A stretch of 64,000 nucleotides of DNA from Paragordius varius (Eukaryota > Animalia > Nematomorpha): contig OZ176057.1 of NCBI GenBank assembly GCA_964247055.1, positions 3,038,001 to 3,102,000 of the forward strand, written 5' to 3'. Under the pieces are notes generated by a model. It ran no database searches. It was not told the DNA's origin and saw nothing but the letters and a program-made list of their open reading frames with translations. Position numbers and translations under genes: made by a program. Positions 61,876-64,000 of this stretch are shown here, piece by piece (position 1 is the stretch's first letter; each line of letters starts with the position of its first letter).

Positions 61876-62245
61876 TATTGGGGGAGGGGGAAGGGTGGGG
61901 GCTTCTTATGTAACATCTTTTATTGATCGTGTAGATTATTATTTTCCATTAATATATTATCGTTATTCTCACTATTAATATATTTATTATAGATCGAACC
62001 CTCGCCGTGTAGAAACCAAGTAGGAGTTCTCTTAAGCTAGGGCTAGGCTGCTTACCCTATATAAGCTTACCTGCCGATGATCAAGGGCTTTAGGATGCCG
62101 AAACCTCTATATCAAGTTTTTTTATCTTTGATCTTGCAGATAATATCTCTAATCAGTGCTATGCCTTGGAAATTTAGTCATCACTTAAAATATAGGGTTA
62201 AATGATAATTGGTAGGTTGTAACTATATCACTAACTTAGAAATAT
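61876..62245 (+). mobile_element. Possible LTR fragment preceded by a polypurine tract
   Basis: tttattgggggagggggaagggtggggg followed shortly by tgtaac (~61910); no second LTR copy found. Confidence 0.35.
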
Positions 62246-62605
62246 CTGGAGCCAAAAATTAAAATTATAATTCTGTTGCTCTTTAATCCCTGTTATATAA
62301 AAAAATATAAATTGACAACCCAATTTTTATCTCAACTTTCCCGCCAATTTTTTCGGTAAGTTCTAAATCGCAAAAATAAAAAACAAATTATGGTCAAGTT
62401 TAATATAATTGTTTCCTTAATTTATATAGCGAAAATTATCTAGTCAAATAGTTGTGTCGTACGATGAAGGACCCGAAACTAGTTAAATTTGTTGAGAGAT
62501 ATTAAAATGTTATAATTTTAAATATTTTATCAACTCACAGATATAAATGTTATGTAATAAAAATATTAAGTTATAGTTAAATAGTAAGGATAATTGTACA
62601 CACTT

Positions 62606-62641
<36 letters not shown>

Positions 62642-63063
62642 ATTTAATAATATATGGCAAATCAGGAATACGCTAATAAAGTTAAATAAACTACAATTTT
62701 ATTTTTGGTTATTCTATGGAATTCATTCGATGGAAAATATATTAAGTTTTTTCAATCAGACTTCATCTATTAAGTTTACGTTTTAAAATTACGTTATACT
62801 GTAATATTCAACTTTTTGTATGGGGCCAAGGAGAGCAAAAATGTAATAATAATATATTTTTTACCAAAAAATTTTAATATAATAAACCTAAATAAAATCA
62901 GATCCAAAAAGATAATTGCCTAAAATAAAAATTTTGATATAATTATTATATCAATAAAAATCACATTAATTTTTTAATAAATTTGGAAGATTGAAAATTG
63001 AATGCCATGAAACCTATATAAGGATGCGTTATTTAAATAAAATTTATCTTTTTTTTAAATAAA

Positions 63064-63262
63064 ATGCGAACGTTTGTGTGCATCATTTCCTTATGTCTTG
63101 TCATTGTTAAAGTTTCCTCCGGAGGTATATATTTAGGTTATTGCCCAAAACCTCAAATATATTATATAACTAAAAGAAATTCAAAAAATTCATACAACAC
63201 GAACCTACATTATTTGTATAGAAATTGTTTTTAAAATGTAATTTTAAAGACCTTTGTCAGCA

Positions 63263-63303
<41 letters not shown>

Positions 63304-64000
63304 CGAGGGGGATGTGGATGCGGTGCCAAGCCAGATGTAACCAAAGAATTAATTACAGAAGTAGCAGAGATAGATCAGTCCACAGAAGCTACGAAACGTC
63401 CAAATCGACCTTGGCTACCATGGAGAAGAACTACTATTTCACCTACATGTAAACCTCATCCTCCGCGACATACAACTGAAGAACAGATAACAGAAGAAAC
63501 TACTATTCGTCACACAAAACCTACAAGACCGACGAAACCCCCAGGGTCTACTACCACGTTTCCCACAACATCAAAATCGACTGAAACTGAAGAAACTACT
63601 TGCTCAACACGACCGACTCGATTAACAAGACCAAGCCGACCAACTTGTCACACAAGACCAAGGCCTACAAAACCAATTTGTACAACACGACCAACCCGGC
63701 CCACAAAACCAACCCGACCGACGAAACCAACCTGCACCACACGACCAACTTGTCCCACAAGACCAACCCGGCCCACAAAACCAACCCGACCGACGAAACC
63801 AACCTGTCCCACGCGACATACTCGGCCCACAAGACCAACCCGACCTACAAAACCAACCTGCACCACACGACCAACCCGGCCCACAAGACCAACTCGACCC
63901 ACAAAACCAACCCGACCTACGAAACCAACCTGTCCCACAAGACCAACCCGGCCCACAAAACCAACCCGACCTCCAAAACCGACTTGCCCCACACGACCAA
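63064..64000 (+). CDS. Secreted Thr/Pro/Arg/Cys-rich tandem-repeat protein (mucin/glue-like), runs off the window end
   Basis: Exon 1 63064-63124 MRTFVCIISLCLVIVKVSSG with phase-1 donor g|gtatat. Exon 2 from 63308 (or the in-frame alternative ~63334) is open to 64000: GGCGCGAKPDVTKEL...RPWLPWRRTT...then (PTR/PTK/PTC)n. Confidence 0.85.

Noticed and set aside
61450-62245. Possible TRIM (PBS-like ggcagcg at ~61780, PPT at ~61880)
   Set aside because: Sequences on either side do not match each other, so there are no paired LTRs.
63622-63992. Minus-strand Gly/Val/Arg repeat ORFs
   Set aside because: Antisense shadows of the plus-strand PTR/PTK coding repeat, which has the signal-peptide exon.
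1-64000. rRNA, tRNA or prokaryotic operon features
   Set aside because: None recognised; the remaining short track ORFs are consistent with chance in AT-rich or repeat DNA.

Overview
Strongly AT-rich, intron-containing animal DNA. A Spaetzle-like plus a PDGF/VEGF-like ligand point to a protostome invertebrate, but the species cannot be identified from sequence alone. Five host genes can be assembled by hand, mostly missed or mis-framed by the ORF track: a Spaetzle-family cystine-knot gene (+, 5194-7911); a convergent PDGF/VEGF-like (Pvf) gene (-, 8361 to probably 19781); a Nup58-like nucleoporin (+, 34842-36611) whose frame needs GT-AG introns of only 22, 24 and 25 nt; an orphan, probably secreted protein (-, 41360-45700); and a secreted Pro-Thr-Arg/Lys/Cys tripeptide-repeat, glue-like protein (+, 63064 to window end). 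The rest is mostly transposon DNA: Buster/SPIN-type hAT elements and MITEs, a Mos1-like mariner relic, TTAA-flanked MITEs, nested decayed Ty3/gypsy elements, and long-TIR elements ending TA|TACCAT with 21-bp subterminal arrays. One of these carries a nearly intact DD34E transposase within a 22.8-29.6 kb cluster that preserves both empty and filled copies of the same target site. All exon calls are manual and need RNA-seq confirmation.
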